Shown here one piece after another: positions 1-10,478 of a stretch of 64,000 bases of DNA. Source of the stretch: an uncultured Thermoleophilaceae bacterium (lineage in GTDB: Bacteria > Actinomycetota > Thermoleophilia > Solirubrobacterales > Thermoleophilaceae). The DNA is taken from NCBI GenBank assembly GCA_963825345.1, contig CAWGSQ010000008.1, forward strand, positions 11,063 to 75,062. Reading direction: 5' to 3'. How positions within the stretch are numbered: the stretch's first letter is position 1; each line of letters begins with the position of its first letter. The notes beneath the pieces were generated by a model. That model saw only the letters and a program-made list of their open reading frames with translations. It searched no databases and had not been told where the DNA came from. Made by a program: the position numbers and the translations under genes.

Positions 1-298
1 TCGTGGCGCGCGAGGGGCAGCAGAGCGGGAAGCTGTCGATCGCCTGGTCGAACTTGGTGCCCTCGCCGGCCAGCAGCGCGTTCACGTGCTGCATGGTCGA
101 GAGCGAGGCCGCGGTCTGGTCGTCGGTCATGATCAGGACCACGTTCTCGCGCGCGAATGCCGGGGCGGCAAGCGCCAGCGAGGCCAGCGTTGCGGCGAGG
201 ATGCCTAGAGCTCGCAGCGTCCCTCGCCGCGGTACGTGGGCACCTCGTCGGCAATCGCGCCGCCGCGTACCAGATACAGAGTGTTGAAACGCTCGCAC
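1..298 (-). CDS. sulfatase-family protein, N-terminal part (gene runs off the left edge)
   Basis: Reverse translation of 1-204 reads LGILAATLASLALAAPAFARENVVLIMTDDQTAASLSTMQHVNALLAGEGTKFDQAIDSFPLCCPSRAT. That is a signal peptide, a MTDDQ metal-ligand motif and the C-x-P-S-R formylglycine motif. It is absent from the ORF track because there is no stop in the window. The start is uncertain (in-frame GTG at 298 or CTG at 217) and overlaps the 3' end of the next gene. Confidence 0.65.
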   Translation of the reverse strand, partial: MRAFQHSVSGTRRRDCRRGAHVPRRGTLRALGILAATLASLALAAPAFARENVVLIMTDDQTAASLSTMQHVNALLAGEGTKFDQAIDSFPLCCPSRAT

Positions 299-1416
299 AG
301 CTCCCCGGCCTTCGCATGGCGCAGATAGACATTCGCGCCGATCTGCAGGCTAGCGGCGGCTGACCCCAGCACGGGAGTTTGCACCTCGCCTGCCCCTTCC
401 AGGGGGTCAACACGAAGCCCTCGCGGTAGGTGCGGTGCGGGCAGGCGATCGGGCCCCGCCGCGCCGGACGCGTGGTAGCCGCCGCCCAGGAGCGTGGCCG
501 TGGAGCCGCTTGGCTTGCGCACCACGGGCATGGCGAACATCGCAGCGGGCGTCAGGCTGAAGGACGAATAACGGTCGAATAGGGTCGGTGCGTAGAGGCC
601 GGAGCCCGCCGTGATCTCCGTGATCACGTCCTCCCGGCGGGTGGTGTGGATGCTCCCGGTGCCGCCGCCGTTCACGAGCGGGAGCTCTGCCACCTCGCGC
701 ACGGCCGCCACCACGGCGGCGCGGCGCTCCGCGATCTCGCCCGCCGAGCGGCGCTTGATCTGCCGGATCAGCGGTGCCTGCAAGCGCTTCCCGAGGGGGC
801 TGTCGCCGAGCCCCGCGATGTGGGCCTCGTAGCCCATCAGCCCCGCCAGCTCGAGTCCGGGCCGCCTCACGATCTCGCGCGCCAGCCCGCGCGCCTCTAC
901 GGGTGTGCGGATCGGCGAGCGCTTCACCCCGATCTTCAGGCGGCCGCCGAGCGGCCACCAGCTCACGTCGAGGTCGATGCAGACCCTCACCGGACGGGCG
1001 GCGCGCCCCACGGCGCTCTCGATCAGGTCCAGGTGCGCCACCGAGTCGACCATGAGGATCGGCGGGTGCTCGCTCTCCAGCCGGCCCAGCTCGGCGAGCG
1101 CCCCTCGGTGCGCCGTGGGATAGGCCAGCAGGAGGTCGTCGAAGCCGTGCTCGTGCAGCCACAGCGACTCGGGCAGAGTGAACGTCATCAGCCCTCTGAA
1201 GCCGGGCTCGTCGAGAATCGACGCGAGCAGCGCCCGGCAGCGCACCGACTTGCTCGCCACCCGGATCGGGGTGCCGGCCGCGCGGCCCAGCATCTCGCGG
1301 GCGTTCGACCACATCGCGTCGAGATCCACGAATGCGAAGGGGGCGTCCACGTCGGCGAAGACGCGCTCGAGCTCCTCGTAGCTGCGCTCGCGCGCCTGTG
1401 TACGGTCTCGCGCCAT
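205..1416 (-). CDS. PLP-dependent alanine-racemase-N / D-serine deaminase-like (DSD1-type) protein
   Basis: Track ORF 205..1662 trimmed to the internal ATG (CAT at 1414-1416), giving MARDRTQARERSYEEL... The sequence looks like the alanine racemase N-terminal fold plus a C-terminal barrel (IRVASKSVRC, GYEAHIAGL, GGGTGS). GC3 is high. A later GTG (VDAPFAF) is an alternative start. Confidence 0.7.
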   Translation of the reverse strand: MARDRTQARERSYEELERVFADVDAPFAFVDLDAMWSNAREMLGRAAGTPIRVASKSVRCRALLASILDEPGFRGLMTFTLPESLWLHEHGFDDLLLAYPTAHRGALAELGRLESEHPPILMVDSVAHLDLIESAVGRAARPVRVCIDLDVSWWPLGGRLKIGVKRSPIRTPVEARGLAREIVRRPGLELAGLMGYEAHIAGLGDSPLGKRLQAPLIRQIKRRSAGEIAERRAAVVAAVREVAELPLVNGGGTGSIHTTRREDVITEITAGSGLYAPTLFDRYSSFSLTPAAMFAMPVVRKPSGSTATLLGGGYHASGAAGPDRLPAPHLPRGLRVDPLEGAGEVQTPVLGSAAASLQIGANVYLRHAKAGELCERFNTLYLVRGGAIADEVPTYRGEGRCEL

Positions 1417-2272
1417 GCTGCGGCTCGACCGTATACATCCGACGCTTCTCGTGTTGGCCGGGATCGCGTCGGTGCAGTTCGGCGCGGCGTTCGCGAAGTC
1501 GCTGTTCGACGAGGTGGGCCCGGGCGGCACGGTCTTCCTCAGGGTGCTGTTCGCGGCAATCGTCCTGGCGCTGTTCTGGCGCCCCGCGGCCCGCGGGCTC
1601 TCACGCTCCGACTGGCGCCTGATCGCAGCATTCGGGCTGACGCTCGCGGCGATGAACCTCACCTTCTACGAATCGCTCGACCGCATCCCGCTCGGCGTGG
1701 CGGTGACGTTCGAGATCCTGGGGCCGCTCGGCGTGGCCGTCGCGGGTTCGCGGCGCGCGCTCGACCTCGCGTGGGTGGCGCTTGCGGCGGCTGGGGTCGT
1801 CCTGCTGTCGGACTTCGGGGGTGCCGACCTCGACGCGCTCGGGGTGGCGCTGGCCCTGTTGGCGGGCGGCTTCTGGGCCGCCTACATCCTGCTGAGCGTG
1901 CGCGTGGGGAGCCGCTTCCCGGGCGGGAAGGGGCTCGCACTCGCGATGGGCGTGGGCGCGGTGATGCTGGTGCCGGTGGGAGTGGCCGACGCCGGCGCCG
2001 ACCTGCTCGTGCCCTGGGTACTCGCGGCGGCGCTCGCCGTCGCGGTCCTCTCGTCCGCGATTCCCTACACGCTCGAGATGGAGGCGCTGCGCCGGCTACC
2101 GGCGGGGGTCTTCGGGGTGATGATGAGCATCGAGCCGGCTATGGCGGCCCTCGCCGGATTCATCGTGCTCGACGAGGGCCTTGCCACGCGTGAGCTGGTC
2201 GCGATCCTGCTCGTTGTGGCAGCCAGTGCCGGAGCGGCACGCAATGCGCACGTGCCGCCGAGGGACGCCTGA
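1415..2272 (+). CDS. EamA/DMT-family transporter (RhtA-like threonine/homoserine exporter type)
   Basis: 285 aa with about 10 hydrophobic helices. The N-terminus LLVLAGIASVQFGAAFAKSLF and the duplicated EamA halves are typical of RhtA-like DMT exporters. Confidence 0.8.
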   Translation: MLRLDRIHPTLLVLAGIASVQFGAAFAKSLFDEVGPGGTVFLRVLFAAIVLALFWRPAARGLSRSDWRLIAAFGLTLAAMNLTFYESLDRIPLGVAVTFEILGPLGVAVAGSRRALDLAWVALAAAGVVLLSDFGGADLDALGVALALLAGGFWAAYILLSVRVGSRFPGGKGLALAMGVGAVMLVPVGVADAGADLLVPWVLAAALAVAVLSSAIPYTLEMEALRRLPAGVFGVMMSIEPAMAALAGFIVLDEGLATRELVAILLVVAASAGAARNAHVPPRDA

Positions 2273-2277
2273 GGCGT

Positions 2278-2457
2278 CTACGCCAACGCCGGGGGCATGT
2301 CCTCCTGGGTAGTGGGCGGCTCGGTTGAGATCGCCGGCCGGACGGGGAGGAGGTCGAACATGCTGAGCGGTTGACCGCAGGCGTTGCACCAGGTAACGCG
2401 AGCGGCTCCGTCGACGTCGACCACGTCGTCGCAGGTGGGACATAGGTAGTGGGCCAT
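2278..2457 (-). CDS. small zinc-ribbon protein (hypothetical)
   Basis: 59 aa, MAHYLCPTCDDVVDVDGAARVTWCNACGQPL..., with CPxC...CxxC. It is the tail of a spurious 457-aa track ORF. ATG at 2455-2457 (an upstream ATG at 2478 is possible). Confidence 0.45.
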   Translation of the reverse strand: MAHYLCPTCDDVVDVDGAARVTWCNACGQPLSMFDLLPVRPAISTEPPTTQEDMPPALA

Positions 2458-2492
2458 GTCCAGAATTGCACTACGCATCGGCCAATCGTCCA

Positions 2493-2510
2493 ATGGGGTG
2501 GAGACCCCAT
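2493..2510 (-). terminator. short GC hairpin downstream of the DUF3089 gene
   Basis: ATGGGGT-GGAG-ACCCCAT, a perfect 7-bp stem with a 4-nt loop, in the 77-bp gap between two minus-strand genes. There is no clean U-tract. Confidence 0.25.
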
Positions 2511-2534
2511 AGACAAAAAGATGGGTTCTCGACC

Positions 2535-3605
2535 CTAGTCGTAATCGTGAATCTGCCGTTTGACCAGATTCGCGAGCTGTCCGAGCGCGATATTGGCGTC
2601 GGCGAGGTGGAGTCCCCAGGTGGCGTCGGGAGAGGGCGTGAACCGGTGCGCGCCGCGCAGCGGCCTCACCTGGAGCACGCTGGCACCGCCGGCCCTCGAG
2701 CACTTCCCGCTGTATGAGCCGGGGAAGGCGGCCCACGGAGTCTTGGGCCGTGGGAGGTCGCCGATCGCAAGGTTCGCAGCGGCTCCGATCACGCTCTCGG
2801 CGAACGGGGCGCTCGGGTAGATCGGGGTGAGCTTCGCTGAGCCGCCGCCAAGCGCGGCGGGGTTCGTGCAGAGGATCTCCAGGCCCGGCTCGGTGGTGCG
2901 GCCGAAGCGTGCGTCTGCGGGAACCGGCTCGTTGAAGGTCGAGAAGGCGACGACACAGCCGGTCTGCCCGGCGCGGCGGCAGGCGCGGATGCGCTGGAAA
3001 TCGCCGCCCCGGTCGCTGCCCGTCCGCACCGTGACGTTGCCCCCGAGCAGGACGGCGGACACGAGCCGCCGTCGCGCGGATGCCTTCGGATCGATCTCCT
3101 CGCGGATCAGCCGCCGCAGCACGAACGTGCCCTGGGAGTGGCCGATCAGGACCACGCCGCGGCCGTGGTTGAAGCGCCTCAGGTACGTGCGCCAGGCCTC
3201 CACCACGTCGTCGTAGCCCTGCTCGGGCATCTCGGGCGTGACCGTGGTGGGCTGGAGCAGCCCCTGAATCGTCACCTGGCGATAGACCGGTGCGAAGACG
3301 CGGCAGTCGCGCGAGTAGCGCGCAGTCTGGTAGAGCGCGATCGAGCGCAGCACGTCGTCCACCACCTGCGTCGCCTGGGGCTGCTTCTGGTCGCTCACCG
3401 TGGGATACACGTAGAAGCAGTCCGCCTTGCGGCGCTTCGCGCGCTGCACGCGCTCCACTCCGAGGCGCTTGCCCTTCGGAGAGAAGTTCGTGGTGGTGAG
3501 GCCCGGCTCGCACGGGTTCGCCTTCTGGCCGGGCTTGCACAGCCAGACGACCTTGGCGTCGGCGCTCGCCGGCAGGAGCATCAGGACCGCCGCGGCAGCG
3601 GCCAT
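2535..3605 (-). CDS. secreted DUF3089-type alpha/beta hydrolase (lipase-like)
   Basis: Track ORF 2535..3737 trimmed to the ATG at 3603-3605, giving the signal peptide MAAAAAVLMLLPASADA. GHSQG nucleophile elbow. The CFYVYPTV and RVFAPVYRQ motifs match DUF3089 as I remember it. The longer version would overlap the PHP gene. Confidence 0.75.
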   Translation of the reverse strand: MAAAAAVLMLLPASADAKVVWLCKPGQKANPCEPGLTTTNFSPKGKRLGVERVQRAKRRKADCFYVYPTVSDQKQPQATQVVDDVLRSIALYQTARYSRDCRVFAPVYRQVTIQGLLQPTTVTPEMPEQGYDDVVEAWRTYLRRFNHGRGVVLIGHSQGTFVLRRLIREEIDPKASARRRLVSAVLLGGNVTVRTGSDRGGDFQRIRACRRAGQTGCVVAFSTFNEPVPADARFGRTTEPGLEILCTNPAALGGGSAKLTPIYPSAPFAESVIGAAANLAIGDLPRPKTPWAAFPGSYSGKCSRAGGASVLQVRPLRGAHRFTPSPDATWGLHLADANIALGQLANLVKRQIHDYD

Positions 3606-3625
3606 GAGGACCGCCGCGGCACGGC

Positions 3626-3676
3626 GAGGAGCAACGATCTGCGGAGGGCAAAGAGGAGCGACGATCTGCGGAGGGC
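3626..3676. repeat. 27-bp tandem duplication (2 copies, 1 mismatch in a 24-nt core)
   Basis: GAGGAGCAACGATCTGCGGAGGGC (3626-3649) and GAGGAGCGACGATCTGCGGAGGGC (3653-3676), in the gap between the DUF3089 start and the PHP gene stop. Confidence 0.8.
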
Positions 3677-3678
3677 CA

Positions 3679-4707
3679 TCAACGGAAGTAAACAGGGTTG
3701 GAAATGATCCAAGTGCGATCGCGCCCCTTGGCCTCACGACGGGCCTCCACCCGGTACACCCCAGGCTCCTCGACCTCCGCGTCCAGCGACGTGCCCTCGG
3801 TGGAGGCGATCTCGGCGCCGTCGCGGAGCAGCCGCAGCCGGGCGGCGAGCGGCGTGCGGACCCTCAGCGTGCGCCGGCCTGCGGGCGCCTCGCCGCCCAT
3901 CGGGATGTCGTCGGCCTCGAAGCGGAACCCGCTCGCGGGTGCCACAGAGTCGACGGCGATGTAGCAGCGGCCGGCGCGCAGGGCGTCGAAGACGAGCTCG
4001 CGGTCGCGCTCGAGGTCGTGCGCCGGCGGCTCGGTGCAGAGGACGTGCGTGCGGATGTAGCGGAAGCTGCGGTGGTAGGCCATCACCCGCACGGGCACCA
4101 CCGGACCGATGCGCTTGCCGAACTGGTGCGCGTCGAGGCCGCCGATCGCCACCACGCGCCGCTCCCGGCAGAGCTCGTCCCAGCGGCGCATGTTGCGCTC
4201 AGGAGGATGGTCGAGCACGCGCCCGGGCGCCGCGAGGAAGCGGATGATCTGGGGGATGCCGGAGAGATGCTCCCCCGTGTCGTTCGCGAAGCTCCACAGC
4301 TCGATCCCGTGGAGTGCGTCGCAGTCGAGCCCGCCGAACGGCATGCCGGGTCTCTTGAAGCGCGCGAAGCCCTCGGAGAACGGGTGTGCAGCGAACCCGA
4401 AGCCGCCGGCGTCCCGCACGGCGCGCGCGATCCCACATGCGTCGAGGCCGCGGTGGCGGATGTGCTCGTCGATGCCGAAGGCCAGGTAGTGGTTCTTGCC
4501 GAGCGGTGAGACCTCCTCGCCGGCCAGCAGAAGCACGTCGCCGTACCAGCCCTCCTCGCCACGCCGCTTCGCCTCGAGCGTGTCGTGGTCGGTGAGCAGC
4601 ACCACGTCGGCCCTGGCGCGCGCCGCCGCCCGCGCGATCTCGGGCACCGTTCCGGTGCCATCCGAGTGCGTCGAGTGGAGGTGAACCACGCAGGCGAGAT
4701 CGTGCAT
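3679..4707 (-). CDS. PHP-domain metal-dependent phosphoesterase (CehA/McbA-like)
   Basis: The N-terminus VHLHSTHSDGTGTVPEIARAA...VVLLTDHD is the PHP His/Asp motif set. 342 aa, high GC3. Confidence 0.75.
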   Translation of the reverse strand: MHDLACVVHLHSTHSDGTGTVPEIARAAARARADVVLLTDHDTLEAKRRGEEGWYGDVLLLAGEEVSPLGKNHYLAFGIDEHIRHRGLDACGIARAVRDAGGFGFAAHPFSEGFARFKRPGMPFGGLDCDALHGIELWSFANDTGEHLSGIPQIIRFLAAPGRVLDHPPERNMRRWDELCRERRVVAIGGLDAHQFGKRIGPVVPVRVMAYHRSFRYIRTHVLCTEPPAHDLERDRELVFDALRAGRCYIAVDSVAPASGFRFEADDIPMGGEAPAGRRTLRVRTPLAARLRLLRDGAEIASTEGTSLDAEVEEPGVYRVEARREAKGRDRTWIISNPVYFR

Positions 4708-4746
4708 ATCCCGTAACTTCGCGGATCCGGCCGGGTTTGCGCAGAC

Positions 4747-6207
4747 ATGAGGGCAATCGGACTTGCGATCGTGGCGCTCGCGCTGTTCGCGCCCTCCGCC
4801 TCAGCCGCCGTCATCGAGATCGATGAGGTCTTCTGCGGGTGCGACGGCAGCTCCGGCGACGAGGACACCCGTGAGCTGATCGTGCGCGCGGCGCCGGGCG
4901 AGCTCAACGCGATCTCGGTGCACACCGAGCCGGACGGCGTCGTGATCGAGGACTCAGGCGCGCCGCTCACCGGGAGCTGCGAGCCGGTGAGTCCCGCACG
5001 CCGATTCTGCCGCGGCCGCTACGACGCAATCCACCTCCACCTCGAGGACGGCAGCGACTCGTTGAACCTTCGCGATCTGGGCGGGTCAGTGGACGCGGGA
5101 CCCGGTGACGACTCCATCGTCGTCGCCGGGGCCCCGTCCCAACTTCTCGGCGGCGCGGGCGCGGACCTCCTGGACGCCCGCCTCGCACCCGGGAGCAGCG
5201 TCTCGTACACCGATCACACCGCGGCCGTCAGCGTCCGCCTGAACGGGCTGGCGGACGACGGCTCGGCCGGCGAGGGGGACAACGTGCTCGGCTCGCTCGG
5301 GAGCATCCAGGGCGGGTCGGGGGACGACAGGCTCGAGTCGGGGTCGGACTCCGCCTCCCTTGCCGGCGGGGCCGGGAACGACACGCTGGTGGGCAGCCCC
5401 GAGGGCGAGTCACTCCTCGGGCAGGACGGTGACGACAACATCGCGGCCGGAGGCGGCAACGACAGTCTCGACGGCGGAGCCGGTGCGGATCTGCTCGCCG
5501 GTGGTGCGGGGCACGACGAGGCGAGCTACGCCGGTGCGCGGGACCCGCTCCGGCTCAGCATCGGCGACGGACCGGGCGATGGGGCTCCGGGGGAGAACGA
5601 CGACATCCTGGCCGACGTCGAGGACTTGATCGGCGGCCCCCGCGCGGACGTGATGATCGGAACGGCCGAAGCCAACCGGCTGGTGGGACTGGGCGGTGCG
5701 GACAGGATGTTCGGCGGCGAGGGGGCTGACAGGCTCGAGGGCTCGAACAGCGGGGACCGGCTGAACCCCGGTCCGGGGCCCGACAGCGTGGTCGCAGGAG
5801 CGCGTGACGTTGCGCTGCTCGACGACGGCGAGCGCGACAGGACCGACTGCCGCGCGAGCGCGCCCGTGATCCGAGCGGACTCGCTCGACACCTTCAAGAG
5901 GTGCGCGCCGCTCGTGAGAATGCAGCCGCTCGGCCCGCCACGGCCCGGCCTGCCGGTCCGGGTAGCGCTGCGCTGCCCGCGACTAACCGCCGTGCCGTGC
6001 CGTGGGCGCTTCTTCGTCCGCATGACTCCTGGCAACCGCAGGCTCTCGCGCACGGTCCGGTTCGGACCGATCCGTCCCGGGCGCAGAGTGGTTCGGACGG
6101 TGCGGCTGTCGCGAGCGCTCGACCGCAGCCGCCTGATCCGGCTGATCGGAGTGAGCGTCCGCCGCGGCGACGGGCGGAGCGAGACGAGCTTCTTCGGCGG
6201 GTTCTAG
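4747..6207 (+). CDS. secreted calcium-binding protein with hemolysin-type (RTX) GGxGxD repeats
   Basis: Sec signal [20 protein letters not shown]. At least 10 nonapeptide-like repeats ([45 protein letters not shown] and others). Arg-rich C-terminal module. Confidence 0.75.
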   Translation: MRAIGLAIVALALFAPSASAAVIEIDEVFCGCDGSSGDEDTRELIVRAAPGELNAISVHTEPDGVVIEDSGAPLTGSCEPVSPARRFCRGRYDAIHLHLEDGSDSLNLRDLGGSVDAGPGDDSIVVAGAPSQLLGGAGADLLDARLAPGSSVSYTDHTAAVSVRLNGLADDGSAGEGDNVLGSLGSIQGGSGDDRLESGSDSASLAGGAGNDTLVGSPEGESLLGQDGDDNIAAGGGNDSLDGGAGADLLAGGAGHDEASYAGARDPLRLSIGDGPGDGAPGENDDILADVEDLIGGPRADVMIGTAEANRLVGLGGADRMFGGEGADRLEGSNSGDRLNPGPGPDSVVAGARDVALLDDGERDRTDCRASAPVIRADSLDTFKRCAPLVRMQPLGPPRPGLPVRVALRCPRLTAVPCRGRFFVRMTPGNRRLSRTVRFGPIRPGRRVVRTVRLSRALDRSRLIRLIGVSVRRGDGRSETSFFGGF

Positions 6208-6251
6208 CCGCGTTGCGCCACGCGCAGGCGCGTGTGGGTAACGTTGCTTCA

Positions 6252-8963
6252 GTGAGCGATTCAGACACTTTCGGCGCCCGTTCGATCCTCGATGTCGGCG
6301 GCGAGTCGTACGAGATCTTCCGGCTCGACGCGCTTCAGGAGAAGTTCGACGTGGCCCGCCTGCCCTACTCGCTGAAGGTGCTGCTCGAGAACCTGCTGCG
6401 CAATGGCGAGGACGAGGGAGCGGAGGCCGTGGCGAAGTGGGCGGCGAAGGACGAGCCATCCCAGGAGATCGCCTACCGGCCGGCGCGCGTGCTGATGCAG
6501 GACTTCACCGGCGTGCCCGCGATCGTCGACCTGGCCGCGATGCGCGACGCCATGGAGGACCTCGGCGGGGACGCCACCAAGATCAACCCGCTCGTGCCGG
6601 TGGAGCTCGTGATCGACCACTCGATCCAGGTGGACGTGTTCGCCGAGCGGCTCGCGTTCCAGCGCAACGCCGAGTTCGAGTTCGAGCGCAACAAGGAGCG
6701 CTACGCATTCCTGCGCTGGGGCCAGAAGGCGTTCGACAACTTCTCGGTCGTGCCGCCCAACACCGGCATCTGCCACCAGGTGAACCTCGAGTACCTCGCG
6801 CGCGTGGTGGAGTCCCGCGACGGCCAGGCGTTCCCCGACACGCTGGTCGGGACGGACTCGCACACGACGATGGTCAACGGCCTCGGCGTCCTCGGCTGGG
6901 GCGTGGGCGGCATCGAGGCCGAGGCGGCGATGCTCGGCCAGCCGGTGTCGATGCTGGTTCCGCAGGTGGTGGGCTTCAGGCTCAGCGGCGAACTGCCAGA
7001 GGGCGCGACGGCCACCGACCTCGTCCTCACCGTCACCGAGATGCTGCGCGAGCGCGGCGTGGTGAGCAAGTTCGTCGAGTTCTACGGACCCGGGCTGCCG
7101 AACCTGCCGCTCGCCGACCGCGCGACGATCGGGAACATGTCGCCGGAGATGGGCGCCACCTGCGCGATCTTCCCGGTCGACGCGGAGACGCTCCGCTACC
7201 TCGAGTTCTCGGGCCGCCCGCCGGAGCGGATCGAGCTGGTCGAGGCGTACTGTCGCGAGCAGGGCCTGTTCCATGACGAGGACAGCGAGGAGGCCACCTA
7301 CTCCGACACGCTAGAGCTCGACCTCGGCGACGTGGTGCCCTCGCTCGCCGGCCCGAAGCGCCCGCAGGACCGCGTGGCGCTCTCGGACGCGGCGGCCGAC
7401 TTCCGGGCCGAGCTCGAGGAGTACACGGGCCACGAGACGCCCACGGGCTACGACGAGGCGGTGGACGAGTCGTTCCCCTCGAGCGACCCACCCACGAACA
7501 ACGGCGGCGGCGAGTCTCCCAAGGTGGGCCACAGCCATCCGGAGCCCGGCACCGCGGTGGCCGAGCGCGAGGAGGGATTCGGCCACGGGTCGGTGGTGAT
7601 CGCCGCCATCACGAGCTGCACCAACACATCGAACCCGTCGGTGATGATCGGCGCGGGCCTGCTGGCGAAGAAGGCCGTCGAGGCCGGGCTCGAGCGCATG
7701 CCGTGGGTCAAGACCTCGCTTGCGCCGGGCTCGAAGGTCGTCACCGAGTACCTCGACCGCGCCGGGCTGACGGAGCCGCTCGCGAAGCTCGGGTTCGACC
7801 TGGTGGGCTACGGCTGCACGACCTGCATCGGGAACTCCGGGCCGCTGCCCGAGGAGGTCTCGAAGGAGATCGAGGAGCGCGACCTGGTGGTGGCGAGCGT
7901 CCTGTCCGGCAACCGCAACTTCGAGGGCCGCATCCACCCCGAGGTGAAGATGAACTACCTCGCCTCGCCGCCGCTCTGCGTGGCCTACGCGCTGGCCGGC
8001 CGGATGGACCTAGACATCGTGAACGAGCCGCTACAGAACGACGTCTACCTGCGCGACATCTGGCCCACGCAGCAGGAGGTGAACGACACCATCGAGAGCG
8101 CGATCGAGTCGGACATGTTCCGGCGCTCGTACGGCGACGCGCTGTTCGAGGGCGACGACAACTGGAAGGGGCTCGAGATCCCGGAGGGCGACCGCTATGC
8201 CTGGGCTGAGGACTCGACCTACGTGAAGCAGCCGCCGTACTTCGAGGACATGCCGGCCGAGGCCCCGGACGGATTCGAGCCGATCGAGGGTGCGCGGGTG
8301 ATCGCACTGCTCGGCGACAGCGTGACCACCGACCACATCTCGCCCGCCGGCGCGATCAAGAAGGACTCACCGGCGGGCGAGTACCTGATCGACCACGGCG
8401 TCGAGGCACGCGAGTTCAACTCCTACGGCTCGCGGCGCGGGAACCACGAGGTGATGATGCGCGGCACCTTCGCGAACATCCGCCTGCGCAACCTGCTCGC
8501 GCCCGACACGGAGGGCGGCTTCACGAAGAAGGACGGCGAGACCAAGCCGATCTACGACGCCGCGGTGGAGTACCACGAGGACGGCACGCCGCTCTGCGTG
8601 ATCGCGGGCAAGGAGTACGGCTCCGGCTCGTCGCGCGACTGGGCGGCGAAGGGCCCGCGGCTGCTCGGCGTGCGCTTCGTGCTCGCCGAGTCCTATGAGC
8701 GCATCCACCGCTCGAACCTCGTCGGCATGGGCATCCTGCCGCTCCAGTTCCCGGACGGCGAGAGCGCTGAGTCGCTCGGCCTCACCGGGGAGGAGAGCTT
8801 CGACCTCGAGCCGCTCGAGGATGGCGCGAGCACGCTGAAGGTCACCACCTCGGAGGGCGTGGAGTTCGACGCCCGCGTGCGCATCGACACGCCGAACGAG
8901 TGGCTCTACTACCGCCACGACGGCATCCTGCACTTCGTGCTGCGCGACTTGTTGCAGCGCTGA
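6252..8963 (+). CDS. acnA: aconitate hydratase A
   Basis: Track ORF 5901..8963 trimmed to the in-frame GTG at 6252 ([25 protein letters not shown]), which clears the upstream gene stop at 6207. AcnA/IRP hallmarks are present: [46 protein letters not shown] and SGNRNFEGR. Confidence 0.95.
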   Translation: MSDSDTFGARSILDVGGESYEIFRLDALQEKFDVARLPYSLKVLLENLLRNGEDEGAEAVAKWAAKDEPSQEIAYRPARVLMQDFTGVPAIVDLAAMRDAMEDLGGDATKINPLVPVELVIDHSIQVDVFAERLAFQRNAEFEFERNKERYAFLRWGQKAFDNFSVVPPNTGICHQVNLEYLARVVESRDGQAFPDTLVGTDSHTTMVNGLGVLGWGVGGIEAEAAMLGQPVSMLVPQVVGFRLSGELPEGATATDLVLTVTEMLRERGVVSKFVEFYGPGLPNLPLADRATIGNMSPEMGATCAIFPVDAETLRYLEFSGRPPERIELVEAYCREQGLFHDEDSEEATYSDTLELDLGDVVPSLAGPKRPQDRVALSDAAADFRAELEEYTGHETPTGYDEAVDESFPSSDPPTNNGGGESPKVGHSHPEPGTAVAEREEGFGHGSVVIAAITSCTNTSNPSVMIGAGLLAKKAVEAGLERMPWVKTSLAPGSKVVTEYLDRAGLTEPLAKLGFDLVGYGCTTCIGNSGPLPEEVSKEIEERDLVVASVLSGNRNFEGRIHPEVKMNYLASPPLCVAYALAGRMDLDIVNEPLQNDVYLRDIWPTQQEVNDTIESAIESDMFRRSYGDALFEGDDNWKGLEIPEGDRYAWAEDSTYVKQPPYFEDMPAEAPDGFEPIEGARVIALLGDSVTTDHISPAGAIKKDSPAGEYLIDHGVEAREFNSYGSRRGNHEVMMRGTFANIRLRNLLAPDTEGGFTKKDGETKPIYDAAVEYHEDGTPLCVIAGKEYGSGSSRDWAAKGPRLLGVRFVLAESYERIHRSNLVGMGILPLQFPDGESAESLGLTGEESFDLEPLEDGASTLKVTTSEGVEFDARVRIDTPNEWLYYRHDGILHFVLRDLLQR

Positions 8964-9002
8964 CGCAAGTTCCAGTCCGCGCCTGCGTTTGAGCCTCTGA
9001 CG

Positions 9003-10478
9003 ATGAGGCTGAGAGCACTGGGACTGATGATGCTCGGCGCGGTACTGCTCGCGCCGGCGAGCGCCAGCGCCGCCGGGCCCGCGCCCGGCACGCTCGAGTA
9101 CCTCCAGCGCGACAACCAGAACATCGCGGACGCCTACGGGCGCCAGACCGGGCAGCAGCTCGGCAATCCCGCGTACACGCAGGCGCTCATCGCCGAGCAC
9201 AACGAGGTCTGGGTGCAGCAGCTCGCCCAGCAGGCCGCCACGCCCAACCGGCTCGCGATCACGCCGGGCAACGTCTTCCCGGGCTGGAACGGCGGCAACC
9301 CGCTGCGCCGGGGCTGGACCGGCCGGCGCGGGATGCGCGTGCCCGTGTCCTACACGAACCGCTACGGCGCGCTGATCAGGGGCAACGTGTTCGCGCCGCT
9401 CCCCGGGGCACGCGACCCGTACACCGGCCGGCGGCTGCGGCGGCCGTACCCGGGCGTCGTGATCACCACGGGCTCGATTCAGGGCTCGGAGCGGATGTAC
9501 TGGTGGCTCGCCCAGGACCTGGCCGAGCGCGGCTACGTGGTCCTCACCTATGACGTGCAGGGCCAGGGCACGAGCGAGACGCTCCCGCACGAGAACGAGC
9601 AGGTGAACGCGCTCCCGTTCTGCAACCCGCTTGCGCCTCCGGGAGCGGGGGAGGACTTCGGCTGTCCCGGCGTCCCCGCCCAGCAGGACTCGAACTTCGT
9701 GTACGGCACGAAGGACGCCCTGAGCTTCTTCCTGTCCACGCCGCGGCGCCGGTACCGGAACCCCTCCGGAGGCGACACGCCCGTGAACTCCTTCAACCCG
9801 CTCTGGCGGCTGTTCGACCGGAGCCGCGACCGGCGCACCGCCACTCCCGGCCGGACCAGGCGCGTGGCGATCATCGGCCACTCGCTGGGTGCCTCGGCGG
9901 TCTCCTACCTGCAGGGCGTGGACCGCCGCGTGGAGACGGTCGTGGCGCTCGACAAGCTGAACGCGGGCGCGGGAGGCTTCCCCGGGCCGCAGGGCGTTAA
10001 GCCCGTCGTGCCGGCGCTGGCGATCCAGTCGGAGTACGGCTTCAACGTGCAGCCGTACTGGATGCAGCGCGGCTCCTCGATCCAGCCGAAGCCGGGCCCG
10101 CCGAACGAGGGGCCGGATCCGCGCCGTGAGGCGAGCACGGGCTTCGACGCCTGGCGCGCCGCCGGGGTCGACTCGATGCTCGTGGTGCCGCGTGCCTCGA
10201 CCCACCTCGAGTACACCGACATCGCCTACGTGCTGCCCGCGAGCCGCTACGGCCAGGCGCTCACGAGCGTGTATGTGCAGCGCTGGCTCGGTCGCTATCT
10301 CAAGCACCGCCGCTCGCGGCTCCTGGCATCGCGCTTCCGCTACCTGGAGCCGGTGGACGTGGGTCGCTGGGATCCGATCGAGCTAGACCGCTCGGAGCGC
10401 CTCAGCTTCTACTTCTGCTCCGGGTACTCGCTCGGCGGTCAGGTGAGCACGGACATCGCCGGCGTCGGCGGCTGCTAG
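9003..10478 (+). CDS. secreted alpha/beta hydrolase
   Basis: Signal peptide MRLRALGLMMLGAVLLAPASASA. GHSLG nucleophile elbow. 491 aa. Confidence 0.7.
   Translation: MRLRALGLMMLGAVLLAPASASAAGPAPGTLEYLQRDNQNIADAYGRQTGQQLGNPAYTQALIAEHNEVWVQQLAQQAATPNRLAITPGNVFPGWNGGNPLRRGWTGRRGMRVPVSYTNRYGALIRGNVFAPLPGARDPYTGRRLRRPYPGVVITTGSIQGSERMYWWLAQDLAERGYVVLTYDVQGQGTSETLPHENEQVNALPFCNPLAPPGAGEDFGCPGVPAQQDSNFVYGTKDALSFFLSTPRRRYRNPSGGDTPVNSFNPLWRLFDRSRDRRTATPGRTRRVAIIGHSLGASAVSYLQGVDRRVETVVALDKLNAGAGGFPGPQGVKPVVPALAIQSEYGFNVQPYWMQRGSSIQPKPGPPNEGPDPRREASTGFDAWRAAGVDSMLVVPRASTHLEYTDIAYVLPASRYGQALTSVYVQRWLGRYLKHRRSRLLASRFRYLEPVDVGRWDPIELDRSERLSFYFCSGYSLGGQVSTDIAGVGGC

Noticed and set aside
4747-6207. RTX toxin with a type I secretion system.
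   Set aside because: The protein has an N-terminal Sec signal peptide rather than a C-terminal T1SS signal. No ABC/MFP/TolC-type secretion genes or acyltransferase are adjacent. It is more likely a calcium-binding surface or secreted protein.
5901-6251. N-terminal 117-aa extension of the aconitase ORF.
   Set aside because: It overlaps the end of the RTX-repeat gene (stop 6207) and the translation is Arg/Ala-rich with no similarity to AcnA N-termini. An in-frame GTG at 6252 gives the canonical SDSDTFGAR... start.
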